This document shows, piece by piece, positions 54,980-64,000 of a DNA stretch of 64,000 nucleotides. Source of the DNA: a virus (Duplodnaviria; Caudoviricetes); the IMG/VR virus record IMGVR_UViG_3300029288_004596, positions 1 through 64,000 of that record, one strand, 5' to 3'. The notes under the pieces are model-generated. The model ran no database searches, was not told the origin of the DNA, and saw only the letters and a list, made by a program, of their open reading frames with translations. Positions within the stretch are counted from its first letter, which is position 1. Each line of letters opens with the position of its first letter. The position numbers were made by a program, and so were the translations under genes.

Positions 54980-56947
54980 TTACTTTTTCCAGGTGTCTGC
55001 TATTTCCACTCCTATTTCTATAGGAACTCTAGGAAGGAACTCCTTTCCAGCCTTGATCATCATGCTCTCGACAATGTCAGCCACAGCCTTTATCTTGGGC
55101 TCAGGTCCTATGGCCACTATCTCATCGTGCACCCACATTATAATCCTGCACTCATTGGGGAAGTCGGATATCTTCTGGAGTTCCCTGTCTGCTAGGATAG
55201 TGGCTACCTTCATGATGTCCGCGTTGGAACTCTGGGCTCCATGATTCATGGCGGCTCTTTCTATGGAAGCCACCCTTTTCTCCCATTCCTTTAGTCCTTC
55301 AGCTGTGGTAGCGTCTCTAAGAGCTGGAGGATAATATCTTTTTCTTCCAGCTACAGATAAAGTGTATCCTACTCCCAGAGCCATCTTCTTTTGTCTATTG
55401 AGATATCTTCTGAGTCTAGAGTAGGTGCTGAAGTACTTGTTCATGATCTCTATAGCTTCCTGGAGTTCTATGCCATTCTGTTTAGCCATGGAACCAGGTC
55501 CTACTCCATAGGGAATGCCAAAGGTGGTGGCCTTGGATGTGGCCCTCTGTTCCTTGGTTACTTCCTTGGGAGGTATCTTGTATAGAAGGGAAGCTGTAGC
55601 TCTGTGGAAGTCTGTGTTGTATACTTCATCTAATATAGCTGTGAGTTCTGGATGAGCCTTCATGAACTCCTCTGAGTCTGGGAGTTTTTCCAGGCCATTC
55701 TTCTTCAGGAACTCTTTGAGTTTAGCGTTAGCTATATATCCTCTGTTGAAGACGTCAATCATAGTCTGGTCATTGGCTTCATTGGCTATGATGCGCACCT
55801 CTATCTGAGACATGTCAGCTATTACCACTTTGTATCCAGGCTGGGGTTTAATCATTACTCTATATGCGTTGGACCTCGGCAAATTTTGGGCATTGGGTTC
55901 ACTACTTGCGAACCTCCCAGTGCTTGTCTGGGTCTGATGGAAACTTGGGTGCACATTGTGGGTCACTGGATTTACCAGAGTTCTACCCCACTGTATGGGA
56001 TAGTCTATTTCCTTAGAGACTCTCCTGTGCTCCATGAGCAGATCTATTAATGGATCTCCCTTGTACTTCTCAAGCTCTTCTTTCTCGGTGCTTTCCAGTT
56101 CAAAGCCCATCTTTTCCAGGACATACTTCATCTGAGCGGTGGAACTTATGTTTAGTTTAGGGTCTCCTATGTGATCCAGTATCTTTCTTTCTATCTCCAT
56201 GAGTTCTTCTCTCATGGAGATTTCCAGTTCCCTGGCATATTCCATATCTACTGGTATCCCTAGGGCTTTGTTTATTCCTATGATAGGGATAAGGTGCCTT
56301 TCCATGTTATACCAGAGGTGGAGCATCTTCTCTTCTTTTAGTTTTTTGACCAGTTTATCTTTCAAATCTATGAGGTGCTCTACATCTCTAGCTGAATACT
56401 CTATCTGTCCATTAGTAAGAGGACTCTTCTTGGAGAGGGTGGCAAAGAGTTTCTGGCAGGTCTTATCCAATACTATTCCTAGTTCTCTTTCAAGACAGTT
56501 GTCCAAGCTTGCGCTTTCAGCTATCCTCCCAGCTCTTAGCATCTGAGCCATTACCAATGTGTCATAAGAAACATTGAGGGACACCCCATACTTTACATAA
56601 AACCATGGGAACTCAAAACTGGCATTGTGTATGATGCACTTTCTAGAGGCTATCTGGTTAATGAAATTAGAGACCTCCAGGTTCCTTGGGTCCACCACCT
56701 TGACCTTCTTGCCCCTTTCTTTAATGGCTATAAGGAATATGGTCTCTGTGTGGGGGTCAAGCCCTGAGGTCTCTATGTCTAAGGCTATCTCTTCGTCTAG
56801 TATTATGGAATCTAGTTTCTCTTGGGAGTCTATATACTCATAGAATTCTCCATCTCTTATCTTCTCTGGCAGTTGTGTCAGTCTTCTCCTAGTGTTCTCT
56901 ACCAAGGAAACCTCAAATAGACTTTCCTCTACCCTCTTATTTGCCAA
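54980..56947 (-). CDS. polA: Family A DNA polymerase with 3'-5' exonuclease, no 5'-3' exonuclease
   Basis: Exo ALDIET, HNASFE, YSARD; TGRFASSEPNAQNLP; motif A DMSQIEVR, motif B RATSKATTFGIPYG, motif C VHDE. Confidence 0.95.
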   Translation of the reverse strand: MANKRVEESLFEVSLVENTRRRLTQLPEKIRDGEFYEYIDSQEKLDSIILDEEIALDIETSGLDPHTETIFLIAIKERGKKVKVVDPRNLEVSNFINQIASRKCIIHNASFEFPWFYVKYGVSLNVSYDTLVMAQMLRAGRIAESASLDNCLERELGIVLDKTCQKLFATLSKKSPLTNGQIEYSARDVEHLIDLKDKLVKKLKEEKMLHLWYNMERHLIPIIGINKALGIPVDMEYARELEISMREELMEIERKILDHIGDPKLNISSTAQMKYVLEKMGFELESTEKEELEKYKGDPLIDLLMEHRRVSKEIDYPIQWGRTLVNPVTHNVHPSFHQTQTSTGRFASSEPNAQNLPRSNAYRVMIKPQPGYKVVIADMSQIEVRIIANEANDQTMIDVFNRGYIANAKLKEFLKKNGLEKLPDSEEFMKAHPELTAILDEVYNTDFHRATASLLYKIPPKEVTKEQRATSKATTFGIPYGVGPGSMAKQNGIELQEAIEIMNKYFSTYSRLRRYLNRQKKMALGVGYTLSVAGRKRYYPPALRDATTAEGLKEWEKRVASIERAAMNHGAQSSNADIMKVATILADRELQKISDFPNECRIIMWVHDEIVAIGPEPKIKAVADIVESMMIKAGKEFLPRVPIEIGVEIADTWKK

Positions 56948-56948
56948 A

Positions 56949-59900
56949 TTATCCTCCCGCTAGTTTTGTCGCCATGTCGTCTATGTAGTTCTTATCAAAT
57001 ACAGTCCTGTTGTCCTGAGTGTTTACTGTGGGTTGAGCTGGGATAGGAGCGTTTGAACCAGCCCCTAGAGCTGTCTGTATGGATTCCACTAAATCATTAT
57101 GGGAGATGTGCTGTTCAGTGGTGCCGTCAACGCTTATTCTTATACTCTTATACTTGGGGGATATTTTGGTAGAGATGTCGTTGTGCTTCACTGATATTGG
57201 CATTTCTTTTTCTTCCACATTCTCCAAGTTTGGTTTTCTCATAGCTGCAAAGGCTGCCCCAGCCGCCATGATGGCTACTGGCAGTTTATGATCCGACATC
57301 CATTCCACTACTCTTGGGGCTGTCTCTTCTGCCTGGCTAACTATATTATACATCCCTCCGCTGAACTTTGTAAAGCTTGGTTGCGTGACTCTTTCTATGG
57401 CTAAAGGATCTATGCCCATGTCTCTATTGATATAGGATCTCACCAGGTTCCTGAGTTCAATGGGGTTCCTCCAATCAGAGGCCACCTTATCAAGTTCTCC
57501 TGGGGATAAAGAACCAATAATTCTGCCCTCTAAGTCCATGGCTTCTTCAGGGACGTTGTTCCATCCAAGGTAGTCCATTATGTTTCTTCTGGTGACATCG
57601 TCCAGATCTGGAGTAGCAAATATCTGTCTGCCTACTCTGTCTAAGGGAACTTCAGATAAGGGCTTGCCTTTAAATTCCTTAGCTATCCAGTTGCTGTAGG
57701 GCACTGTCAATGGAGGTCTTAAGGAGTTTTCCAGAACCTCATTTCCTATGCTCTCTATCTGAGCTGATTGAGCAGCCAGGTTATTCCTTCTATTCTGCAG
57801 GTAGTTGGAGAACTCTCCCTGAGTTAGCAGGTTGTACCTTTCTATATCTAGCAGGTGTTCTGGAGTTGAGCCTATTTTTAGAGCATACTCTCTGAGAGAA
57901 GTCGCCCCTCCTTGTATAGCTTCTAGTAGTTCAGGGTCTCCTATCTTCTGGGCTAGAGGAGTTCTCTGAGTAGCCAGGGCTGGAGCTATTGTTTCATTCC
58001 ATAGAGTAGCGCTGACTCTAGCTAAATCATCAGGAGGCATCTCCTTGCTTAGTCCCAGGACTGCTTTTTCTGTGTCAGACATATTGCCTATCAGTCTTCT
58101 GGAGATTCTCTGGACATCAGCGTCAAAAGCTTCAGCTGAACTTATGTTTATGCTTTCAGCGTTTGCCCCTAGGGCGTCTATGTTAAAGGAGAGTTTCCTA
58201 TTCCAAGTATCTATCCTTCTGTTGAGTCTCTCATAGGGAGCCAGCTCATCTACTCTGGACCAGTAGTTGGAAAGGATTTCCTTTTCCTGTTCCTTAGTGA
58301 AGTTGAGGGAGTTGAGTCTCTCATAGAATCCTCTATGAAAATCATTGTACTCATCCAGCCAGGCTTCTCGGACATAACCCATCTGTTTCTGGAGTCTCTC
58401 ATCATCCAAGAGACCAACATACTTGGTTACATCCTCTCCCCTTTGCTGTCTCAGATATATCTCATCCAGGTTCTCCAGCCTGTAGGCTTCATCAATTCCT
58501 GCGGCTGTGGACTCTCTGGCTCTTCTGATTCTTCTGCCCGCTAAGTCCTGAGCATATTCTATCCTAGCCTTAGTGCCTTCTTCCAGGGTCTCAAAGGTAT
58601 GGAACTGTCCCTGTAATCTGTTTACCAGATTATAAGTAGAGTCTGTCACTCTCACATACTTGTCAAGAGCATTGCCTCGGTCATCCAGTTCTCTTAGTAC
58701 AGCTGTACTGGAGTCCGAGAAGTCATAACCATGTATCTGGAAAAGTCTGCCTTTAGTGGAAGTCCCTTCTAAACCAAATAGATACTTGCCAGTGAAGGGA
58801 TCAGTTACTTCCTGACCAGAAATCCTAGACTGCAGAGCTCCTATTCTATTCATTAACTCTGCAGCTATATCTCTTGTAGTGGCTGCATCATAGACGCCTA
58901 TGTGTTCTTCTTTCCAGGTTCCAGCTCTAACACCAAGGTACTTGGCTAGGTTCTCTAGGCTATAACCTCCAGGTATAAGGTTGCCTGTCAAGTCCTCATA
59001 GACCTTAGCCAGCAGCATAGTGTCTATACTCTTGAGTCTTTTCTTTTCTAAGCTGGCTAATACTTCTGGGGGAAATCCCAGTTCCTGGGCTCTGGATATG
59101 AGAGCGTTAAAGTCAAACTGAATGTTGTGCCCGACTACATAAGGGTTTTCTCTTCCCAGCCATGAGGTCAGCTGTTCTATGCTTTCCTTCTCGGTGGTTA
59201 CAAAGTTAGGAGTATAGCCAGGAACCTTCTTTCCAAACTCATTCTTCCAGTTAGGGGCTTCTCCTACATTGAGAGCTCCTCTGTCATGACTGTAACCAAC
59301 CCCGCCAATGTTTGTTATCTGATTCTCAGGGTTGGTCTCTATATCTATATAGGTTCCATACTCTGACTTAAAATACTTTAACCTTTCCAGCATATCCATG
59401 TCAGAAAGAGGTATTACTGCTCCGTTAGCTAGCTTAACAAACTTAGCTTCAGTGGTCCTTGAGATATCAAGAGATCCTGGAGGAGGAGTGGAGGATATAG
59501 TGTATAGGTCCTTAAGTCCTAACTCTATTTCTTCTGGGTTCTTGTAGTAAAGGTTTCCATTATAGAGTAGCCCTTGTTCTGTCAGGGTACCCGTTCCCTC
59601 TAATCCTATAGTCTTATTCAGATTGAGGTTTATGCTATTTCTTACAGCGTTGATGGCTTCTTCTAGAGAACTTCTCTGAGCAAAGAGTTTGTCTACCTTT
59701 GACATATGGGTGGAAAGAGCCTGACCTGTTAGGTTTGCCGCTTCCCTCATAGCCGCGTCTATCTTGAGTTCTGTTTCCTGTATTCTCTGTAATAGGAGAC
59801 TAGCTTCCTGGAGTTTCTTCTTTGCGTTGCCACTGACAAGTCTTCCTAAGACAACCTCTAAACCTAGGTTATCCTCTCCAAGTATGGGACCTAGAGCTTC

Positions 59901-62378
59901 CATCATGGCTCTGAATCTGCCTTCAGTTCCCCATGACTCTCCAAGGATATTGCTCAGTCCCTGGATCGGAAGCACTTTCTTTCCTTCTATATCTAGGATT
60001 ATTCTTTTAGCTGGGTTAATCGCTTCGCTGGATCTGACTCTCAGGTCTTCTAAGGCAGAGACTTCAAATAGCTCGGAGGCTTCTTTGTATTCCTGGTCAG
60101 CTGGACTTATTCTCCACTTCCCTTTGGCTATTCTCTCCAGCTCTATCCGCACTACATCCCTGGGGTTGAAACCTCTGCCTATGTTCTCATACTTTTTGAG
60201 TCTCTCATCTAAGGCTAATAGTATATCCCCAGCTTCCGCGTTTATGTTTCTATTGGTGAGGTCAAAGCCAGCTTCTTTAAGGGCCGTTATCAGCGGGGCT
60301 CTCTCTAGGTTATTTTCAGTCACTCCCTGGCCAAGGATTCTTCCCGCTATACCCAGCTGTCTAAACTGCCATCTTTCCAGCTTGGAAGTTTGTCCAGCGA
60401 GTCCTATCAACCCAGGAACAGCTTCTTCTGATGCTGGGGCTATTCCCTGTTTTACCTTATATAAGTCTATCTGTCCTATAAGGTTATCTAGGACATCTTC
60501 ATCCATTCCCTGGGGTAGGACTATACCCACATCAAACTTGCTAAGAAGGACCTCGACATTGTTAGTGGGGACTCCATATAGTTTGGTTTCCCCTCCCTCA
60601 AGGGCTTTCCTAGTAATTCTGTATGGGACTTTTCCTACTGTGGCATACTTGGTTGTGCCAGCTGAGTAAGCCATGGCCTCTTCTATAAGAGCCGCTTTCT
60701 TAGAGGCTGTGGAGTGCGCCTCTTCCCATGAGGGTCTGGTGTAGATATCCCTTATGGTGTCTCCCTGTAGTCTTCTTTCACTCCATTCATTTTCTATATC
60801 ATCCCATGGTCCTCTGAAAACTTCATAAGGTCTTGTTTCTCTAAATTCTCTTTCATACTGGTCCACCTTCAGCCATTGCAGAGTTGGGTTTACTATGCCC
60901 TTGGTTAGATTCTCAGGATACTGTGCTGGGATTATATCCGCTACTGTGTTGGATATGTCTCCCATCACGCTGGATAGGTACTCTAGGGTTGAATCTATCC
61001 CATGGGCTCTGGATGCAGTGACAAACTTGGGAGATTTGGATGAGCCTATCAGGGCTCCTTTTTCATTGGCGTAGGAACTCCATTCTCCCGCCACTATGCT
61101 GTAACCTTTTGTTGTTCTCTGAGGAATGGTTGATTGACGAGCTTTGTTTCTTACGCTAGATCCAAACAGACTGGCATTCCCTGGGTCTGTGGCATAGAAG
61201 TCTCTATCAAAGGTCCCAGCATAAGTGTTGACTACCTGGTTGTACTCGAATCTGTTGGGGAACTCTTCAGCCATCATAGAGATGGCGTTCTCTATGTTAG
61301 CCCCAGTCAACCTCAACTTAGCCAATTCATTATTTAGTTGAGGTATGAGACCTCCTTTCCTCATGAGTTTCCTGGAGAGTCTCTCAGCGTATAAGTTGAT
61401 AGCCTGTCTATCCCCAGCCTTTAAAGCTCCAGCTAGATTAGAGATAGCTCTTATTACATCATCTGAATATGCTACTTTGGGTCTATCAAAGAGGGTGGCA
61501 AACTCCCTCCATATCCTGGCCTGCTCTGGGGTAGCGTTGCCAGCATGCGCGGCTTGCGCAGCCCCTATGATATTTTCCAGCCTCTGTCCAGTGAAGAGTC
61601 CTGAGAAATCTGAACTTGGGTTTACAAGTTTCCACACATCCATCAGGTTCTGAGCCTGCCAGGACTTGGACTCTATAAGAGTCTGGATATTCTTTTTCTT
61701 ATTGAGCAGAGTCCTAAGTCTTTCTTCTGCCGCATCAGACTCGCTCACATAATGTTTGAGGTCTCTAGCTCCATCTATTGGAGCGTTGGTGGATAATCCA
61801 AGGGTTGTTCTTCTGCTCTCATCCAGGATAGCGGCCAAGTCATTAACCACATTCCTAACAGTGGCGTTGCTTCTATCTGGTAGTTTCTGGAGGATATAAG
61901 CTCTGAGTCTAGCCTTGTCCACATTCCTGAGGTTGATGCCCATGACTCTGGAGGTTTCCATGCTGTCCGCTTCCAGAGCGTTTAACACCGCCAGGATATC
62001 ATGTTTAGTCTCTAGCCTGGGTTCATTCTCCACTTTCTTCCTGACAGCGTCTATAGAACTCTTGATAGTCCCTGTCTTCACATGGGTGGCTGGAGTCCCT
62101 GGGATATTCCTGGCCGCCATAGCCGCTTGGGCGTTGGCGGTGTAACTTCCAGCTATCCTGTTAGGTATGGTTTCTCTTATTGCTTTGGAAATATTCTCCA
62201 GGACAGGTCTTATGGAGTTGGCGTCTATAGGATATCTTTTGTAGGTGGAGTAGGCGGCATAGTAAACCGTGACAGCGATAAAGCCCTCGCTGATAGGATC
62301 AATCGAGGTTATCCTGCCTTCTCTTAAGGTTTGGTTGTCGCGTACTCGGTCTCCGACCTTGTAGTGTCTGTAGTCCAT
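56949..62378 (-). CDS. 1809-aa helical protein with embedded DEDDh 3'-5' exonuclease domain (putative virion/ejection protein)
   Basis: YIDIET, VGHNIQFD, IDTMLLA, YSLENLAKYLG, HIGVYDA at about 58.86-59.36 kb; N-terminal SH3/KOW-like KVGDRV; C-terminal hydrophobic helix. Confidence 0.75.
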   Translation of the reverse strand: MDYRHYKVGDRVRDNQTLREGRITSIDPISEGFIAVTVYYAAYSTYKRYPIDANSIRPVLENISKAIRETIPNRIAGSYTANAQAAMAARNIPGTPATHVKTGTIKSSIDAVRKKVENEPRLETKHDILAVLNALEADSMETSRVMGINLRNVDKARLRAYILQKLPDRSNATVRNVVNDLAAILDESRRTTLGLSTNAPIDGARDLKHYVSESDAAEERLRTLLNKKKNIQTLIESKSWQAQNLMDVWKLVNPSSDFSGLFTGQRLENIIGAAQAAHAGNATPEQARIWREFATLFDRPKVAYSDDVIRAISNLAGALKAGDRQAINLYAERLSRKLMRKGGLIPQLNNELAKLRLTGANIENAISMMAEEFPNRFEYNQVVNTYAGTFDRDFYATDPGNASLFGSSVRNKARQSTIPQRTTKGYSIVAGEWSSYANEKGALIGSSKSPKFVTASRAHGIDSTLEYLSSVMGDISNTVADIIPAQYPENLTKGIVNPTLQWLKVDQYEREFRETRPYEVFRGPWDDIENEWSERRLQGDTIRDIYTRPSWEEAHSTASKKAALIEEAMAYSAGTTKYATVGKVPYRITRKALEGGETKLYGVPTNNVEVLLSKFDVGIVLPQGMDEDVLDNLIGQIDLYKVKQGIAPASEEAVPGLIGLAGQTSKLERWQFRQLGIAGRILGQGVTENNLERAPLITALKEAGFDLTNRNINAEAGDILLALDERLKKYENIGRGFNPRDVVRIELERIAKGKWRISPADQEYKEASELFEVSALEDLRVRSSEAINPAKRIILDIEGKKVLPIQGLSNILGESWGTEGRFRAMMEALGPILGEDNLGLEVVLGRLVSGNAKKKLQEASLLLQRIQETELKIDAAMREAANLTGQALSTHMSKVDKLFAQRSSLEEAINAVRNSINLNLNKTIGLEGTGTLTEQGLLYNGNLYYKNPEEIELGLKDLYTISSTPPPGSLDISRTTEAKFVKLANGAVIPLSDMDMLERLKYFKSEYGTYIDIETNPENQITNIGGVGYSHDRGALNVGEAPNWKNEFGKKVPGYTPNFVTTEKESIEQLTSWLGRENPYVVGHNIQFDFNALISRAQELGFPPEVLASLEKKRLKSIDTMLLAKVYEDLTGNLIPGGYSLENLAKYLGVRAGTWKEEHIGVYDAATTRDIAAELMNRIGALQSRISGQEVTDPFTGKYLFGLEGTSTKGRLFQIHGYDFSDSSTAVLRELDDRGNALDKYVRVTDSTYNLVNRLQGQFHTFETLEEGTKARIEYAQDLAGRRIRRARESTAAGIDEAYRLENLDEIYLRQQRGEDVTKYVGLLDDERLQKQMGYVREAWLDEYNDFHRGFYERLNSLNFTKEQEKEILSNYWSRVDELAPYERLNRRIDTWNRKLSFNIDALGANAESINISSAEAFDADVQRISRRLIGNMSDTEKAVLGLSKEMPPDDLARVSATLWNETIAPALATQRTPLAQKIGDPELLEAIQGGATSLREYALKIGSTPEHLLDIERYNLLTQGEFSNYLQNRRNNLAAQSAQIESIGNEVLENSLRPPLTVPYSNWIAKEFKGKPLSEVPLDRVGRQIFATPDLDDVTRRNIMDYLGWNNVPEEAMDLEGRIIGSLSPGELDKVASDWRNPIELRNLVRSYINRDMGIDPLAIERVTQPSFTKFSGGMYNIVSQAEETAPRVVEWMSDHKLPVAIMAAGAAFAAMRKPNLENVEEKEMPISVKHNDISTKISPKYKSIRISVDGTTEQHISHNDLVESIQTALGAGSNAPIPAQPTVNTQDNRTVFDKNYIDDMATKLAGG

Positions 62379-62920
62379 TAGAATAACGATAGCGGGTGTA
62401 GATCTTTAAGGGGTATACACTTGGCTGGGTATTTCAGTTTTTCATCCACTGGTATATCTTCTATAGTCTGAGCTGTAGTCCATCCAAGGACATAGCCGTC
62501 CCTGTTCTTAGGGTTATAGCCACAGCATATGTAGATATCATGAGAATTTTCCAGATCATAATCTGAGATCATGACTGTAAAGGTCTCCAGGTTAAGAGAA
62601 TCATCATAGAGCTTCTTCTTATTCTTAAGAATCCTAGGGGTGAGTCTCCTAGTCTTCACATAGATGTTCTTGTTATTCACTGTGTACTCCGGGGTCTCCC
62701 AGAAAGGGCTTATCCTTTCATAGTCTGTTCCCATGTAGTTGAGGAACTCCTCAAATAGGAAACCTCCTATGGAACTCACGGCTCCAATCCTGGAATCTTT
62801 CTTCCTTGTCAGATCATAGGCATGTTTCTTCCAGGTGTCAGCGCCTACCCTCACATAGAACCCTTCACTCAGAGGGTCTAATCTTTTTGCTCTCTTGTAT
62901 TTCTCTCCTAGTGTCGTCAT
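62378..62920 (-). CDS. Hypothetical protein, possibly PD-(D/E)XK nuclease fold
   Basis: G..FEEFL...NIYVKT...DIYI...YVLGW layout as in phage PD-(D/E)XK-like proteins. Confidence 0.5.
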   Translation of the reverse strand: MTTLGEKYKRAKRLDPLSEGFYVRVGADTWKKHAYDLTRKKDSRIGAVSSIGGFLFEEFLNYMGTDYERISPFWETPEYTVNNKNIYVKTRRLTPRILKNKKKLYDDSLNLETFTVMISDYDLENSHDIYICCGYNPKNRDGYVLGWTTAQTIEDIPVDEKLKYPAKCIPLKDLHPLSLF

Positions 62921-63107
62921 CTAGATACTTTATCTCCCAAAATCTCCTGTTGAATTTTTTCTGGTACTCCCTTGGTTTATCGTATAACCTGAAGGAGAAG
63001 TCAAACATCTCCTTGGTCAGCAGTTCCTTGTTATACTTTGTGGCTATGTTTTTCATCACCCTGTCAATGAAGGTTTTCCTATACTTTATTTTCTTCGTGC
63101 GGCCCAT
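62865..63107 (-). CDS. Hypothetical basic protein
   Basis: 80 aa; overlaps both neighbours. Confidence 0.45.
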   Translation of the reverse strand: MGRTKKIKYRKTFIDRVMKNIATKYNKELLTKEMFDFSFRLYDKPREYQKKFNRRFWEIKYLDDDTRREIQESKKIRPSE

Positions 63108-63405
63108 CTACTTCCACTATAAGTTCATAACTTATAGCATCTCTCTCCTTTCCTCTCTTTACATGAACTCCTATCTTTCCTCCCACTTCAGGGACGAAAC
63201 CCATCCCTATGAACTCTAGGGGTTCATCTTTGCTGGTTCCTTTTATATAGACATCTCCAACCTCAAAACCTGTGGGATCATCTGTGAGGGCTCCTTCCTT
63301 TATGTACCCCAGCTTACTATACATTATAGTTATTCTGGAGCCCTCTCCTGTCGTTACCTCGTACCTAGTCAACCCAGATTTTCTAGTAGTGCTATTTGAT
63401 ATCAT
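63079..63405 (-). CDS. Hypothetical protein
   Basis: 108 aa ORF just downstream of the IsrB gene. Confidence 0.55.
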   Translation of the reverse strand: MISNSTTRKSGLTRYEVTTGEGSRITIMYSKLGYIKEGALTDDPTGFEVGDVYIKGTSKDEPLEFIGMGFVPEVGGKIGVHVKRGKERDAISYELIVEVDGPHEENKV

Positions 63406-63415
63406 TATTAAGAAC

Positions 63416-64000
63416 TTATCTCCTTAGAGTAGAAGAAAGAAAACCTCCCTTCCAGATTTGCTTAGCTAATAATTTACAATCTTCTTTTCTAATGTCTTGA
63501 CTTAGTCTTTTTCCTTCTCTGATACTATGTAAGGAAACTCTTCTATTAGAAGAACCTCCAACAAGACACTTTCCATACTTTGGATGAAGGATCAGCATTC
63601 CTCTAGGTATTCCTAAACTAACTGTAGAACCATAAGTCTTCCTTTTCCCTTCTTTTGGATTAGCAACATGTAGTTGTCTTCTATGCCACTGCATGAAATC
63701 AAACTTATAGAACCCCTTGAATGGTATAATATCCCCTAAGACAAGTTCACAGAGACAGTGGCTATCAACACAGTGCGCTTCCCATGTGTCTTTTAATTTA
63801 TTACTGGTCTTCTTGAATCCTCTGTAGTTTCTCTGTTCATGAGTCTCAAAGCCTCTGTGTTTCCATGATCTGAGTCCTCTCTTTTCTACCTCGGACCCAA
63901 ACCACTGCTTGCCAACTTCTAAAGGACTGAACATGACATTCCACCTGCGTTGTCCTTTCTTACTTTCTGCACATAAATCTTCTACTACTATATCTGTTAT
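63416..64000 (-). CDS. isrB: IsrB-like RRXRR protein of an IS200/IS605 (OMEGA) element, 5' part outside window
   Basis: Frame open to the edge: ITDIVVEDL (RuvC-II), FSPLEVGK, HCVDS (RuvC-III), HRRQLH, YGSTVSLG; no HNH between RuvC-II and RuvC-III. Confidence 0.8.
   Translation of the reverse strand: MTDIVVEDLCAESKKGQRRWNVMFSPLEVGKQWFGSEVEKRGLRSWKHRGFETHEQRNYRGFKKTSNKLKDTWEAHCVDSHCLCELVLGDIIPFKGFYKFDFMQWHRRQLHVANPKEGKRKTYGSTVSLGIPRGMLILHPKYGKCLVGGSSNRRVSLHSIREGKRLSQDIRKEDCKLLAKQIWKGGFLSSTLRR

Noticed and set aside
55520-55540. Unusual polymerase motif B suggesting a modified-base polymerase
   Set aside because: KATTFGIPYG keeps the usual Phe at the E. coli 762-equivalent position; nothing else indicates altered nucleotide specificity.
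879-63219. All plus-strand ORFs in the track, including the 301-aa ORF at 59764..60669
   Set aside because: They lie antisense to well-supported minus-strand genes, have Ser/Leu/Phe-rich shadow composition and show no recognisable motifs.
1-64000. CRISPR array, tRNA or rRNA genes, or a diversity-generating retroelement
   Set aside because: Intergenic gaps are short and explained by terminators, promoters or micro-ORFs; I saw no spaced repeats, cloverleafs, reverse transcriptase or TR/VR pair by eye.
1-64000. Stop-codon reassignment as seen in some large phages
   Set aside because: Genes are full length in the standard code, and TAA, TAG and TGA all end genes at sensible positions.

Overview
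This window is a segment of a large lytic tailed phage genome, probably a myovirus-type jumbo phage. Every credible gene is on the minus strand, densely packed, often with ATGA or short overlaps, in the standard genetic code. In transcription order (right to left) it carries: the 3' part of an IsrB-type (RRXRR, HNH-less) IS200/IS605 nuclease; a 1809-aa protein with an embedded DEDDh exonuclease; a family A DNA polymerase; a ~34 kb contractile-tail/baseplate block (2544-aa hub with lytic transglycosylase and NlpC/P60 domains, spike-like, gp25-like, baseplate J, Ser/Thr/Gly-rich wedge/fibre proteins); a region with secreted beta-barrel-like proteins, rmlA, a putative holin, a DnaB helicase and rmlB; and a 13 kb sugar-modification operon that runs off the left edge. 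That operon encodes a Campylobacter-capsule-like GDP-heptose pathway (HddA, HddC, HAD phosphatase, Cj1427-like dehydrogenase, DmhA-like dehydratase), six glycosyltransferases (four are tandem paralogues), a methyltransferase and two radical SAM enzymes, with no export machinery. A seventh glycosyltransferase, with two inteins and a SEC-C zinc motif, lies inside the baseplate operon. The leading hypothesis is a phage-encoded system that builds a modified heptose glycan and attaches it to virion proteins, with recurrent (T/S)SG motifs in tail proteins as candidate acceptor sites. Family assignments come from motifs I recognised by eye; no database searches were run.
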